Program-made: the position numbers and the translations under genes
The notes under the pieces: model-generated
Databases searched by the model: none
The model's input: only the letters and a program-made list of their open reading frames with translations
What the model was told of the DNA's origin: nothing
From: Heterodontus francisci
Lineage: Eukaryota
Length of the DNA stretch: 64,000 nucleotides
Reading direction: 5' to 3'
Assembly (NCBI RefSeq): GCF_036365525.1
Contig: NC_090380.1
Coordinates: forward strand, 72,467,757-72,531,756
Part shown: positions 47,775 to 61,001 of the stretch, piece after piece
Layout: each line of letters begins with the position of its first letter
Position numbering within the stretch: the stretch's first letter is position 1

Positions 47775-50700
47775 GATCAACATTAAACAAGATCATGGCT
47801 GATCTGATTGTAACCTCAACTCCACATTCCCACCTACCCCGCGAGAACCTTTCACCCCCTTGCTTATCAAGAATCTATCTACCTCTGCCTTAAAAATATT
47901 CAAAGACTCTGCTTTCACCACCTTTTGAGGAAGAGAGTTCCAACCCTCTGAGAGAAAAAAATTCTCCTCATCTCTGTCTTATATGGGTGATCCCTTATTT
48001 TTAAACAGTGATCCCTAGTTCTAGATTCTCCTGCAAGAGGAAACATCCTTTCCACATCCACCCTGTCAAGACCGCTCAGAATCTTATATGTTTTAATCAA
48101 GTCGCCTCTTCCTCTTCTAAATTCCAGCAGATACGAGTCTAGCCTGTCCAATCTTTCTTCATAAGGCAACCCACCCATTCCAGGTATTAGTCTAGTAAAC
48201 CCTCTCTGAAGTGCTTCTAACGCATTTACATCCTTCCTTAAATAAGGAGACCAATACTGTATACAGTACTCCAGATGTGGTCTCACCAATGCCCTGTATA
48301 ACTGAAGTATAACCTCCCTATTTTCGTATTCAATTCCCCTCACAATAACAATAACATTTTATTTGCTTACCTAATTACTTGCTAAACCTGCATACTAACC
48401 TTTTGCGATTAATGCACTGGGACACCCAGATTCCTCTGCATCTCAGAGCTCTGCAATCTCCTACCATTTAGATAATATGCTTCTATTTTATTCTTCCTGC
48501 CAAAATGGATAATTTCACATTTTCCCACATTATACTCCATTTGCTAGATCTTTGCCCACTCACTTAACCTATCGAGAACAAAGAACAGTACAGCACAAGA
48601 ACAGGCCATTCGGCCCTCCAAGCCTGCGCCGGGGTCCGTATCCCTCTATTCCCATCCTATTCATGTATTTGTCAAGATGCCTCTTAAACGTCTCTATGGT
48701 ACCTGCTTCCACCACCTCCCCCGGCAACAAGTTCCAGGCACTCACCACCCTCTGTGTAAAGAACTTGCCTCGCACATCCACTCTAAACTTTGCCCCTCTC
48801 ACCTTAAAGCTATGTCCCCTAGTAACTGACTCTTCCACCCTGGGAAAAAGCTTCTGACTATCCACTCTGTCCATGCCACTTATAACTTTGTAATCCTCTA
48901 TCATGTCGCCCCTTCACCTCCGTCGTTCCAGTGAAAACAATCCGAGTTTATCCAACCTCTCCTCATAGCTAATGCCCTCCAGACCAGGCAACATCCTGGT
49001 AAACCTCTTCTGTACCCTCTCCAAAGCCTCCACATCCTTCTGGTAGTGTGGCGACCAGAATTGCACGCAATATTCTAAGTGTGGCCTAACTAAAGTTCTG
49101 TACAGCTGCAGCATGACTTGCCAATTTTTATACTCTATGCCCCGACCGATGAAGGCAAGCATGCCGTATGCCTTCTAGACTACCTTATCCACCTGCGTTG
49201 CCACTTTCAGTGACCTGTGGACCTGTACGCCCAGATCTCTCTGCCTGTCAATACTCCTAAGGGTTCTGCCATTTACTGTATACTTCCCACATGCATTAGA
49301 CCTTCCAGAATGCATTACCTCACATTTGTCCGGATTAAACTCCATCTGCCATTTCTCCGCCCAAGTCTCCAATCGATCTATATCCTGTTGTATCCTCTGA
49401 CAATCCTCAGGCAAACAGGATTAAGGAAAATCCCAAGGCTTTTTATACGTATATAAAGAGCAAGAGGGTAACCAGGGAAAGGGTTGGCCCACTCAAGGAC
49501 AGAGAAGGGAATCTAAGTGTGGAGCCAGAGGAAATGGGCGAGGCACTAAATGAGTACTTTGCATTAGTATTCGCCAAGGAGAAGGACTTGGTGGATGATG
49601 AGCCTAGGGAAGGGAGTGTAGATAGTCACAGTCATCTCATTATCAAAAAGGAGGAGGTGTTGGGTGTCTTGCAAAGCATTAAGGTCGATAAGTCCCCAGG
49701 GCCTGATGGAATCTACCCCAGAATACTGAGGGAGGCAAGGGAAGAAATTGCTGGGGCCTTGACAGAAATCTTTGCATCCTCATTGGCTACAGGTGAGGTC
49801 CCAGAGGACTGGAGAATAGCCAATGTTGTTCCTTTGTTTAAGAAGGGTAGCAAGGATAATCCAGGAAATTATAGGCCGGTGAGCCTTACGTCAGTGGTAG
49901 GGAAATTATTGGAGAGGATTCTTCGGGACAGGATTTACTCCCATTTGGAAACAAATGGACTTATTAGCAAGAGGCAGCATGGTTTTGTGAAGGGGAGGTC
50001 GTGTCTCACTAATCTGATTGAGTTTTTTGAGGAAGTGACAAAGATGATTGATGAAGGAAGGGCAGTGGATGTTATCTATATGGACTTCAGTAAAGCCTTT
50101 GACAAGGTCCCTCATGGCAGACTGATACAAAAGGTGAAGTCACATGAGATCAGAGGGGAGCTGGCAAGATTGGTATCTATATATATCTATATCCCTTTGT
50201 AGCCTCCTTATGTCCTCTTCACAACTTATTTTCCTACCTTTGTGTCATCAGCAAATTTAGTAACCGTACCTTCAGTCCCTTCATCCAAGTCATTTATATA
50301 AAATGTAAAAAGTTGAGGCCGCAGCACTGATCCCTGTGGCACACCACTCCTTATATCTTGCCAACCAGAAATTGACCCATTTACGCCTACTCTCTGTTTC
50401 CTGTTAGCTAGCCAAACTTCTATCCATGCCAATATGTTACCCCCTAGATCATGAGCTTTTATTTTCCACAACAACCTTTGATATGGCACCTTATCAAATT
50501 CCTTCTGGAAATCTAAGTACAATACATCCACCAGTTCCCCTTTACATGTTACTTCTTCAAAGAACGCCAATAAATTGGTTAAACATGATTTCCCTTTCAC
50601 AAACCATGTTGACTCTGCCTGATTACCTTGAATTTTTCTAAGTGCCCTGCTATAACATTTTTAATAATAGCTTCTAATGTTTTCCCTATGACAGATACTA

Positions 50701-51715
50701 AGCGAACTGTCTGTAGTTTCCTGCTTTCTGTCTCCCTTTTTGAATAAAGAAGTTACTACATTCGTCATTTTCCAATCTAATGGAACCTTCCCCAAATCTA
50801 GCGTATTTTGGAAAATTAAAACCAACGCATCAGCTATCTCACTAGCCACTTCTTTTAAGATCCTAGGATGAAGTCCATTCGGATCCGGGACTTGTCAGCC
50901 TTCAGCTCCAACAATTCGCTCAGTACCACTTCCCTGATGATTTTAATTTTCTTGAGTTGCTCCCTCCCTTCCATTTCCTGATTTACAGCAATTTCTGGGA
51001 TGTTACTTGTATCCTCTATAGTGAAGACCAATGAAAAATACCTGTTCAATTCATCTGCCATCTCCTTATTTTCTCTTATTAATTCCCCAGACTCACTTTC
51101 TATAGGACCAATGCTCACTCACTTTGTTAACCTTTTTCTTTTTTTAAATGTCTGTAGAAACTCTTACTATCTGTTTCTATATTTCTAGCTAGCTTTCGCT
51201 CGTACTCCAATTCTTCCCCCGTTATTAATCTTTTAGTCATTCTTTGCTGTTTTTTATATTCTGTCCAATCTTCTGATCCTGCCACCCATCTTTGTGCAAT
51301 TATATGCTTTTTCTTGAAGTTTGATACTATCTTTAACTTTTTAAGTTAACCAAGGATGGTAGGTCCTCCCCTTGGAATTTTTCTGTCTCATTGGAATGTG
51401 TGTAATTCTGTGTATTCTGAAATATCCCTTAAATGTCTGCCACTGCATCTCTATTGACTTATCCCTTAACCTAATTTCCCAGTTCACTTTATCTAGCTCT
51501 GCTTTTGTGCCCTCATAATTGCCCTTATTTAAGTTTAAAATACTAGTCTTAGACCCACTCTTTTCTCCCTCAAACTGAATGTAAAATTCAATCATATTAT
51601 GATCGCTGCTGCCTAGGGGCGCCTTCACTTTGAGGTCATTAATTAATCCTATCTCGGTGCACAATGCCAGGTCTAGATTAACCTGCTCTCTGGTTGGCTC
51701 CAGAATGTGCTATTC
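47775..51715 (-). mobile_element. Older CR1 LINE (outer; pieces 47775-48573 and about 50184-51715)
   Basis: Minus-strand ORF2 pieces [40 protein letters not shown] and LVRPHLEYC. The halves rejoin as cacttaacctatc|tatatccctttg. Confidence 0.92.
48574..50173. mobile_element. Young CR1 LINE with a 5' inversion (3' part on - at 48574-49408; upstream part on + at 49410-50173)
   Basis: Minus part runs from EDCQRIQQDIDRL to the tail (agaacaaagaac on +). Plus part runs from ANRIKENPK through KSPGPDGIYPR, NYRPVSLTSVVGK and DFSKAFDKVPH to GELAR. Target tatc is duplicated. Confidence 0.9.
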
Positions 51716-53339
51716 TGAAAAAGTTTTTGATTTCCTTCATTTATAAAACTTGGCCAGGCAGATCCTGCCTCTGAATTTGCTGTTTCTAGCCCTGGACTAG
51801 TACACTGGTTTGAATGAATTACTTCATCAAGCTTGAACATCTTGTACATTTACATTGGAGAGTGAGGCACTTGCTTACAGAATTCTAGCCTCTGAGTTGC
51901 GTGACAGCATTCAAAAAGGGGTAAAGAAAATAACTTGGGTTATGATATGTAGCAAAGATGCATTTTAGAGGGAGTTAGTAAACCAATGCAATTTAATGCA
52001 GCTAAGATTCTCAAATGTAGGTGAGATAATTGGATGGTCACTGTGCCCTCTCCATTCTAAAACAGGTCCTAGGAATAAAACTTAAGCAGTTTTTCTGATT
52101 ATAAAATGGAATACATCAATCTCTACAAAAGCATAGAACTTCAATGATAAATTAGTAATCAAATATGTTAAATGTCTTAAATTTGAACGTCAGTATAGGT
52201 TAACGGCTGTCCTAACATCTTCTGTAGTAAGAGTGCACAATTATATTTTTGTGGAGGACACTAGACAAATAAAAAGGATCTAGCTGAGACCCATGACAAT
52301 TCTGCAAAGGAGCAATGTAGTGACATCTCTTAATTAAAAACAATGCAAAGCTTAGTCCAGAAACAGATGAATTGGTTTGGGAACAATGTTATATCAGTTA
52401 TCATAGGGCAGGATATGGAAGGCACCAATTTAGCTGATTTATCAAGAAAAAGTACTGGATATCTGTGTTCAAAACTTCGTATTGGCTGTGAGATTATTGG
52501 GTGAAACATTACACTGGATACTTTTATACATTGTTTTAATTCTGGAATATATCTGGAGCAGGTTCAGCTTTTGATAATGCTGGCTCTATAAATGGATCAA
52601 GGAAACAAATTCTCTTTTCACCAGTATGACTTGTAGAGTTGCCAAGCAGTGTGAAATGGCATCAGTGTTTTTAGGAATTGCAGCAATTGGCACCACCAAA
52701 GCCATGAGTGAGTAAAGTAGCAATATGGATATATAGCAATTAAGTCTTCGCTGAGTATGCCACAACAGACATAGCTGGTTCTGTGCCAGCCTTTACAAGT
52801 TGAAAGGTTATACTGCAACTCCCAAAAGCAACTGTAATTGGGTATGTGGAACTTCAGCAAATGCACATTCTACTTTGCAGACTGGATTGGATAATTGAGT
52901 TGAAATGTAAAAGTGTCAGTTTATAAAGTTGGTGCTTGGGGCTTCATTGCACACTGCAGGAAAATCCTATATTCAGCGATATTGCGGCAATACAAGTCAT
53001 GCAAGCATAAGCTTTAATTAATATTTAAATGAAGGTATAATGACATGAATAGTGTACACTATTCATATTGTCCTCATAACCTGCAGGGAAACTGATAATG
53101 AATCACAAAGTGCAGATGCTGCAATTTTCCAAAAGTCAGATAAATTGGTATGCTTCCTATTATTTTCACTATCTATTTGTGCAAAGAGGATTTTTTTTAA
53201 ATGGAAATGTAGACAGAGTAGATTGTTTATTGAAAAGGGTTCTGTAAATAGAAAACAAATGAGGAAATCTTGGTTTTGACTGTTGAGTCTGGCCAAGAAA
53301 CAGCAAGGCTTTGTAAAAAGGAAATACAACATATACATA

Positions 53340-53900
53340 CATTCATACGAACTAGGAGCAGGAGTAGACTATTTGACCCCTCGAGCCTACTCCGCCATTC
53401 TATAAGATCATGACTGATCTGTTTGTGGACTCAACTCCACTTTCCTGCCATCCCTGATATCCTTTGACTCCATTGTTTGTCAAGAGGCTGTCCATCTCTG
53501 CCTTAAAAATATTCAATGACCCTGCCTCCACCGCTCTCAGGGGAAGAGAGTTCTACAGACTCACAACCCTCTGAGAGAAAAAAGTTCTCTTCATCTCTGT
53601 TTAAATGAGAGACCCCTTATTTTTAAACTGTGCTCCCTAGTTTTAGTCTCTTCCACAAGGGGAAACATCCTTTCAACATCCACCCTGTCAAGTCCCCTCA
53701 GGATCTTATATGTTTCAATAAGATCACCTCTCCTCCTCCTAAACTCCAATGAATACATACCCAACCTGTCCAACCTTTCCTCATAAGATAACCCTCTCAT
53801 CCAAGGAATAGGTCAAGTGAACCTTCTCTGAACTGCTTCCAGTGCAATTATATCCTTTCTTAAGGAAGGAGACCAAAACTGTATGCAATACTCTAGATAT
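53340..53900 (-). mobile_element. CR1 LINE 3' fragment
   Basis: MRGLSYEERLDRLG.YSLEFRR.RGDLIETYKIL plus CR1 UTR. Confidence 0.9.
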
Positions 53901-54474
53901 TCAACCCCCAAAACCTTTTTAAAAATCTGTAATGGAGAACAGCTCAAATTCTCACCATAATCCTCCCCTTAAACATGCAGTTAAATTGATGTGAGTAGTT
54001 TATATCTCTACAATTTGTTTTGATAGGTACAGAACAGAATTACAATGCAAGTATCAGTGAATAGAGATTGATGCACCAAAGATGTTGCACACTCGAATCA
54101 TTCTAAAGCTATGTTGCTCTTTTTTTGCCTTGTTAATTTCCTATATTTCGTCCATCTCATCTGAAGATACTGAATTTTGTTGCAGTATAATTCTATGGAC
54201 AGCCCTCCAGTACCTCGTCCCATCCAAATAGCCAGTCTTTAAGTATGACTCTAGATAGTGATTTCTGGTAGGCTATCTGATTGTGAGTGGGCACAAGAGC
54301 TGTGTCAGATCCTGTTCTCATTGAAAGTTTGCACGTACTTTACAACCTTATTCACTCTGGTTATTTTATCCACTTTGGGTCAGGGTCTCTGGATGCAATT
54401 GTAGTACCCAAAGGCTTGTCCTAGTGATCAACTAATTCATTCTGCACCATTAATCGAACCTGGGACCTTTCTTA

Positions 54475-54640
54475 AATAAAAGCAAATTACTGTGGATGCT
54501 GGAAATCTGAAATAAAAACAGAAAGTGCTGGAAATACACAGCAGGTCTGGCAGCATCTGTGGAGAGAGAAACAGAGTTAACATTTCGGGTCTGTGACCTT
54601 TCAGACCTGCCGGACCTCTGTATTTCCAGCACTTTCTCCT
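54475..54640. mobile_element. Penelope-like terminus in inverted (hairpin) arrangement
   Basis: agaaagtgctggaaatacacagcaggtctg versus cagacctgc...tgtatttccagcactttct; homologous to 28092-28191. Confidence 0.7.
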
Positions 54641-54717
54641 TTTTTTCTAGGATCTTTCTTGCCTGGTTCATTTCCATTTGAGGCATAGTTCACTTAGCAC
54701 CTGAGGGAAGCTGTTTC

Positions 54718-55050
54718 ATAGAATTATACAGCACAGAAGGTGGCCATCTTGCCTGTGCCAGCTTTTTGAAAGAGCTTTCCAAGTCATCCAACTACCCTGC
54801 TCTTGCCCCGTATCCCTGCAAATCTTTCCTTTTCATGTATATTTCCAGTTCACTTTGAAATTTGCTATCAAATCTGCTTCCACCACCCTTTTAGACAGTG
54901 CATTCCATTAATAACAGCTCACCATATTAAAAACAATCCTCATTTCCCCTCTGGTTGATTTGCCAATTATCTTAAATATGTGCCTTTTGGTAACTGACCC
55001 TTCTGCTGGTGGAAACAGTTTCTCTTTATTTATTCTATCAAAACCCCTCA
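54718..55050 (-). mobile_element. CR1 LINE 3' tail fragment
   Basis: atagaattatacagcacagaaggtggccat...; homologous to the end of 32360-33170 and to a short piece at about 6435-6545. Confidence 0.75.
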
Positions 55051-57631
55051 TTTTAAATGTCACATACATTTGGGAGGCTTGTGTGAAGGGAGGATAGTCA
55101 TATCAAATGAACCAGTTGAGAGAGTTTAGCTATTTACTGTAGTTACAATCAGATCTTTAAAACTACTGTGATTCCATGATATGCCCAAATTCCTTTCTGT
55201 GCTAAATCAAATGTGCTTGCAAGGCAGATTGAAACAGGGCCATTTAAATGGTATTTATACCTTAGAGTCCATTTTATTATGATATTTTCAACTGATGCCT
55301 CAATCTCCAAGTTCTCAGATCATTTATCATTCTGGAATACAACCTGGAGGATTAGCCTGAGTCTGTTCAACTGGAGAGATGCAACAAATCTCACTTCAAT
55401 GCTCTCCCTTCATCTGCATTTATTAGCAAATTTGAATTTCAAAGAGGAAATGGGTTTTATATGTCTATATGTTAAAACCCATGCAAAATAATAATTAACT
55501 GTATTAAAGTTAGTCAAATTCAAATTAAACAACGTGACATGTATTTGAATCAGACACCTGATAAATATATATTTTAGTGTTAGTTATCTATGGTAGTAAA
55601 TGTGTTATTTTAAATTAAATAAGTCTGCATCTTTTATCTATTCATTAGGGTGCATTTACATTTTCATCAAACAATATTTTGTGGTTTAGATATTTCTGCT
55701 GAAAGTTAAATACCACAAAAATGAACATGAGTTATTACAGCATTTCAGTATAATTTACAATACAACTTAGTGATCAACTCGTTTTGTCCCCTTAGCAGAA
55801 TATATAGTAATGTCAAACAGTAACTAGAGAGAGTCAGGCATGAATTTGATGTCTGAACAACCTGAATTATCCATACCATTTGTCATCAGATCGGGGGGTA
55901 AAAGTGGGTGTTGAGACAAAATGAAATAAATATCATTTTTCTTCAAATTTTTCAAAAATATTCTATTTCCAAAATGAAAGTTTCCAAATATGTATCAGTT
56001 AATGTTGGGAGAGTTGGCAAGGGACAAATGCAGGTTCGAGTAATGGGCCATGTTTACATGGATTAATTTGACCATTATATCTGGCTGAACACTATTTGTG
56101 AGGCTGTCTTATGCTATTCCACTTGCAAATGTTACTGAAATATTTTTGTGGAATTGTATCAGCATATTACTACTGATAAATAGGACAGGTTGTTGAGTAA
56201 TACCAACTAGTTATTGCGCTTTCAAAAATTCACTAGCATCTTGAAACCTGTTTCTATTTAAAATTAGAGTTTAAATGTTTAAAATGCTATTGAGAAGAGC
56301 TTGTAGTGAATGCAGTTGGTTACCGCACATAGAACATGTTCCACTCACCAGATAGCAAAGCACCTTTTCCAAACTTTCTCAGTGGTCAGGTGGATGATCA
56401 GAACAGCAGCGGGTAAATTTTAATCTCCAACATGTGGGCAGTAATCTGATGGACTGGAATGTCCTCCCCCATTATAGAACCTGTCAATGGAATTAAATTC
56501 AAGCAGTTTGTACACTGAGCGGTGATCCACTCCATCAGTTTACTGCCCATGTGCATACCATGAATATGAAAATGTTACTCCATAGTTTTAAAGGGAAAAC
56601 TGTGAGATTCTGAGTGTCATTAGAAGTACAATTAATCTCACCATATCCCAACACTACATTGGCCATTCTAAACATAGCCACACAGATGCATATGAGTTGT
56701 GGATTTGCAAAGATAGAACAAACATTACAGCTGAATGATCATTACAAGAATGATCATTTGTCACTAAAACTGAATCCACTGTACTTCAGGTGGTCATATG
56801 TTGGTACTCTAGCTTCTCCAGTGGAGTGTGTTTTAACTTATAGCTTGTGATGTAACTGAAGATGCTTCTTTGAAGAAAGTGTTGTGCATTAATTCTAATT
56901 CATTCTGCTTTATTCAGAATTTCTCAAAGCTTTGTAAGGGTGCCAGGTGGCCAGTCAAAAGTGTCAGCCTTTGGCACAACGACATCAAACCATTTGATTA
57001 ATTTGGTAATTTTGTATTGTTTTCATCGAACAAGATTGTTGCACTTTGTAACTATAGTGATGACATTGTCTCACAATGATTTTAAAGGGTCCCTGCACTT
57101 CCTGCTGGTAGAGATGTTATACAGGAAGAGATTCTTCTGGTTTGAAGTCTTCCTGCTAACGGGAAAATTGTTGCGAGGTGAACGTATAATATGCTTTACA
57201 ATATTAAAATGAATTAAAGAATAAAAATGTCATACAACTAGCCTGATCTATGAGCTTCTTGCTGGAGAGGCATTTCTTCTAGCATATCCTACTACACAGT
57301 TTACCTGATTTTTAATTTGATATTGCGAAGTGTGAGCCTTTACTCCAAACCATGATCACAGTAAACAATTCCATACTGTTAGCACTGTAATATTTATTGA
57401 CAGTAATCTAGAACTCCTGTAATAAATGAACACTTCAATTGGAGCATAAATATAGCTTAAAGTGTTGGGATATTCCCAGTTTCTCATTGTTTGGACGGAT
57501 GTCCTGTTTTAGGTATTTTCTATGTATCAATAGTGCATGATACTGCAAAATTTTATTTGTGGTGTAAGTATTTTAATGTAAATTTAAAAATGTGATGTGC
57601 TTTGTTTGAAATCTTTTGTCATTTTGTTGTT

Positions 57632-57670
57632 AATAAAATGATGGGTCTTGAAAAGATCTGTGTGTTACAG
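57632..57670 (+). terminator. Candidate distal polyadenylation signal
   Basis: AATAAA in ttttgttgttAATAAAatg context, upstream TGTA elements and a downstream TGTGTGTT element. Confidence 0.4.
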
Positions 57671-57791
57671 GCCAGTACTTGGTCCAGTCTGCTGTGATTA
57701 AGTACCTCTAAATTTTTCTCTTCAAGTTCAATTGAGATGGTTTATGAACACTAAACATTCTCTGCTCTCTCACCCAAATACACATTTTCCC

Positions 57792-58075
57792 TTGCACACA
57801 GCAAGGATCAACAAATAGCAATGAGATAAAGGACGAGATAATCTGTTTTGGTTGTGTCAGTTAGCCACGACACTGGGAGATCTCCCTGCTCCTCTTCAAA
57901 TAGTCCCACACAATCCTTTTTGTCCACCTGAGAGAGCAGATAGGGCCTCAGTTTAACATCTCATCTGAAAGCTGGTACTTCTGACAGTGCAGCACTTCTT
58001 CAGTACTGCATTAAAGTGCCAAGTCTAGATTATATGCTTAAATCTCTTAAATGAGGCTTGAATCACAAACTTTTT
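57792..58075 (-). mobile_element. DeuSINE copy
   Basis: ttgcacacagcaag...ccacctgagagagcagatagggcctcagtttaacatctcatctgaaag...gacagtgcagcac. Confidence 0.8.
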
Positions 58076-58249
58076 AACATCTGTCCTGTTTCTGCCAGAT
58101 AGTAGCAAAATAGCAACTTTAGGCAGAAGGCATTGGGTCCATCTCACCACCTATCCACAGAATTTCCTTTGTCCATTTCTAATAACCTTGAATCCCATTT
58201 GTTGACAAAAACCTGCTTACTTGCTTCTTAAAAACCCATTAAGTTTAAT

Positions 58250-59125
58250 TAATTCATCGGATGTAGGCATTACTGGCAAATGAGGCATTTATTATGCATC
58301 CCCAGTTGCCCTTGAGAAGATGGTGGTGGGCATTCTTGAACTGCTGCATCCTTGTAGTAAAGATATTTCTACAATGCAGTTGGGTGGGAATTTCCAGGAT
58401 TTGACCCAGTAATGATGGTGGCATAAAGATATATGTCCAAGTCGGAATTGCGTGTGGCTTGGAGGTGATGGTGTTCCAAGGCACCTACTGTCCTTGTCTA
58501 TCTAGGTGGAGATCGGGGGGTTTGAGAGGTGCTGCCAAAGAGGTCATGGTGGCTTGCTGCAGTGCATCCTGTAGTTATTACACGCATCAGTAACAGTATG
58601 CTGATGGTGGAGGGTGTGGATGCTTACGTTGGTGAATGGGATGTCAATCAAGTGGACTGTTTTGTCCTGAATTGTGTCGAGTGTCTCAAATGTCGTTGCA
58701 GCTTCACATATCCAGGCAAGTGGAGACTGTTCCATAACACTCCTGACTTGCCTTTTAGGTAGTGGAGAGACTTTGAGGAGTCAGGTGAGCCATTTGCTGA
58801 AATATACCCAGTCTCTGACCTGTTCTAGTATTCACTGCATTTATGTGACTGCGCCAGCTGAGTCTCTGGTCATCCCAGGATGTTGATGGCGGGGTATTTG
58901 GTGATGGTAACGTTATTGAGGGGAGGCGGTTAGGCTCTCCTATGTTGGAGATGGTCATTGCCAGGCAATCTGTGGCATGAAAGTTACTTGCCACTTATTA
59001 GACCAAGCTTGGGATATTGTCCAGGTTTTCCTGCATGCAGCCTGGACTGTTTCGTTATCTGAGGAATTACAAATTGAGATGAACACTACAATCATCAGCA
59101 AATAGCCCCACTTCTGACCTTATCA
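58250..59125 (-). mobile_element. Non-LTR retrotransposon 3' fragment, same family as 5815-6345
   Basis: Minus strand QVRSVMEQSPLAWICEAATTFETLDTIQDKTVHLI with the shared caccaccatcttctcaagggcaa tail. Confidence 0.82.
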
Positions 59126-61001
59126 TGGCATAACATTTATGGCATAAATTTATGTCCATTCAGAACTGGCATAAAAAGCAGGAAATCTGAATTCTTTGAT
59201 CTCTTGCAATGAACTAAGTTGGGTTTTGGCAGTGGTAATTAGGACCAATGCAGATAATCAAAGTAATTTGTGTGTAGCAATGATTCAGTGTAAAATTGGT
59301 GTAAATTACTGGTGCAAATTTCCTTGGGGAAAATAGTGCAGCTCAACTCTTACATTGTAGTTATGCTGAAACTTTCCAGGAAATTCCAGCACATAAGATC
59401 AAAAAAAAGGATGATTTTAAGACTGTAGAAGACAGGACATTTAACAATAACTAGCAAATCTTCAGTTTGAATAATGGAAATTAAAATTGTCTTTTATTTT
59501 GCTTTATATCAGTGATTTGCAAGTGAACTGTCACTTCAGAACAGCAGAAGGGTATCAAAAAAATTGTCTAGGCAGGATACCTACTGTTACTGCTTAAAAC
59601 CTCTTTAAACTAGCTTCAAAGCCCAAGCTCTACTCTAAGGTTTTCCAATGAAAACATGTTGTAATTGCATAAAAATGCAAAACGCTCAGGTTTGAGTAAA
59701 AGTTTAGTAATCTGTACATATAATCTGTATATACTGAGGAAAATTAAAGTATATGAATCGTTCGTCTTGTACAAATACTTTATAATTTAAATTATCAACT
59801 TAATACCTTACTTTCATTACGATTTTGTAGGAGAGGGTTCAAAACTGATGTAATTTAATATATTCAGTGTTTAGTATGGAAGAGAAAGGATAGCAATACA
59901 CTCTCTGCATGCATTGCTGAATATAAATGAGAGCTTTAAGCTGCTTTAATCCATTTTCTAGCTGCTAGCTCAAGAATGGCAGTAGCAGAGACCTAGGAGC
60001 AGGTCGGTGGTGAGGCAAGTTGGAAACTTAATCGCCGCTTCAGAAATGAGGCCCGGGCAGATTTAACCCCCGGGCCTCTTTTAAATCCCACCAGCTGATT
60101 GGTTACACAGAAACTAAAGGTAATGGACAACTGCAATTCTCATAATTAAACTAAATTAATATCCATTCAGCAATATTGAAGGCATTGCCAATCTTCTACA
60201 ATGGCAAAGATATTTGTGATTAAATCCGATTGTTTTGGTCAATTAATCCAGTTTACACCTTACACAACCCGTTATGCTTATCACAGAACCATGGAATGCT
60301 GCAGTCTCCACAGCCAGCTTGTCTGTGTTCAGAGGTGATGGCTTTTCTGTCCAGAAATTGTTTCTGCAGCATCCATTTTAACACCATTGTATCAGCCAAT
60401 ATGTTTGAGGCAAGACAGGACTGAACGGAAGAACTTACAGCAAACAACATCTATTAACAGAATCTATTTAAAAAGAGTATCTACGAACTACAGCAAACTG
60501 AACCCAACAACTTCTCCCACTAAAAGCAGGTTGATTTCTCCAGCAAAATACAGTGAGTAAAGGATAGTTACATAATACAAATGTGCATAAAATCAAACCT
60601 CCAGGCACAAGTGACAGGGACATTACCCAATCATCCTTATTTTGGTCAGAAATAATGGGGTCACTATATAAGGCCTACTTTATGTGGCCTTCAATGTTAA
60701 CTCCTGATCTGCTATTTCTAGTCACATAAAATACTAGTTAAAATTTAAACACAGATAAAAAGTACCATTTGTCACACTTAACTTCCTGGCTGCTGGCCTC
60801 AGAAAATGCACAATTTCCGTCACACAAGATTCACATGCATGGGACCAGCACCATTCAGACAGGTCCTGTGTAATATTAAAAACAGCCCCACACTCTGTCA
60901 AGTCCATACCACTCACTACCTCCCCTCCGCTGATTGCTTTTAAATCCTCCAGCCAAAATAACAGTCTGTGTCATTCATGTGTGATAAATTAATATCTAGA
61001 T

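Larger units (their letters stand above)
45876..57655 (+). other. IGSF3: Putative IGSF3 3' UTR (distal end uncertain)
   Basis: Follows the stop codon. Candidate AATAAA hexamers at 46523, 57220, 57421 and 57632; the last is followed by GU-rich tctgtgtgtt and preceded by U-rich, TGTA-rich sequence. No transcript data available. Confidence 0.4.
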
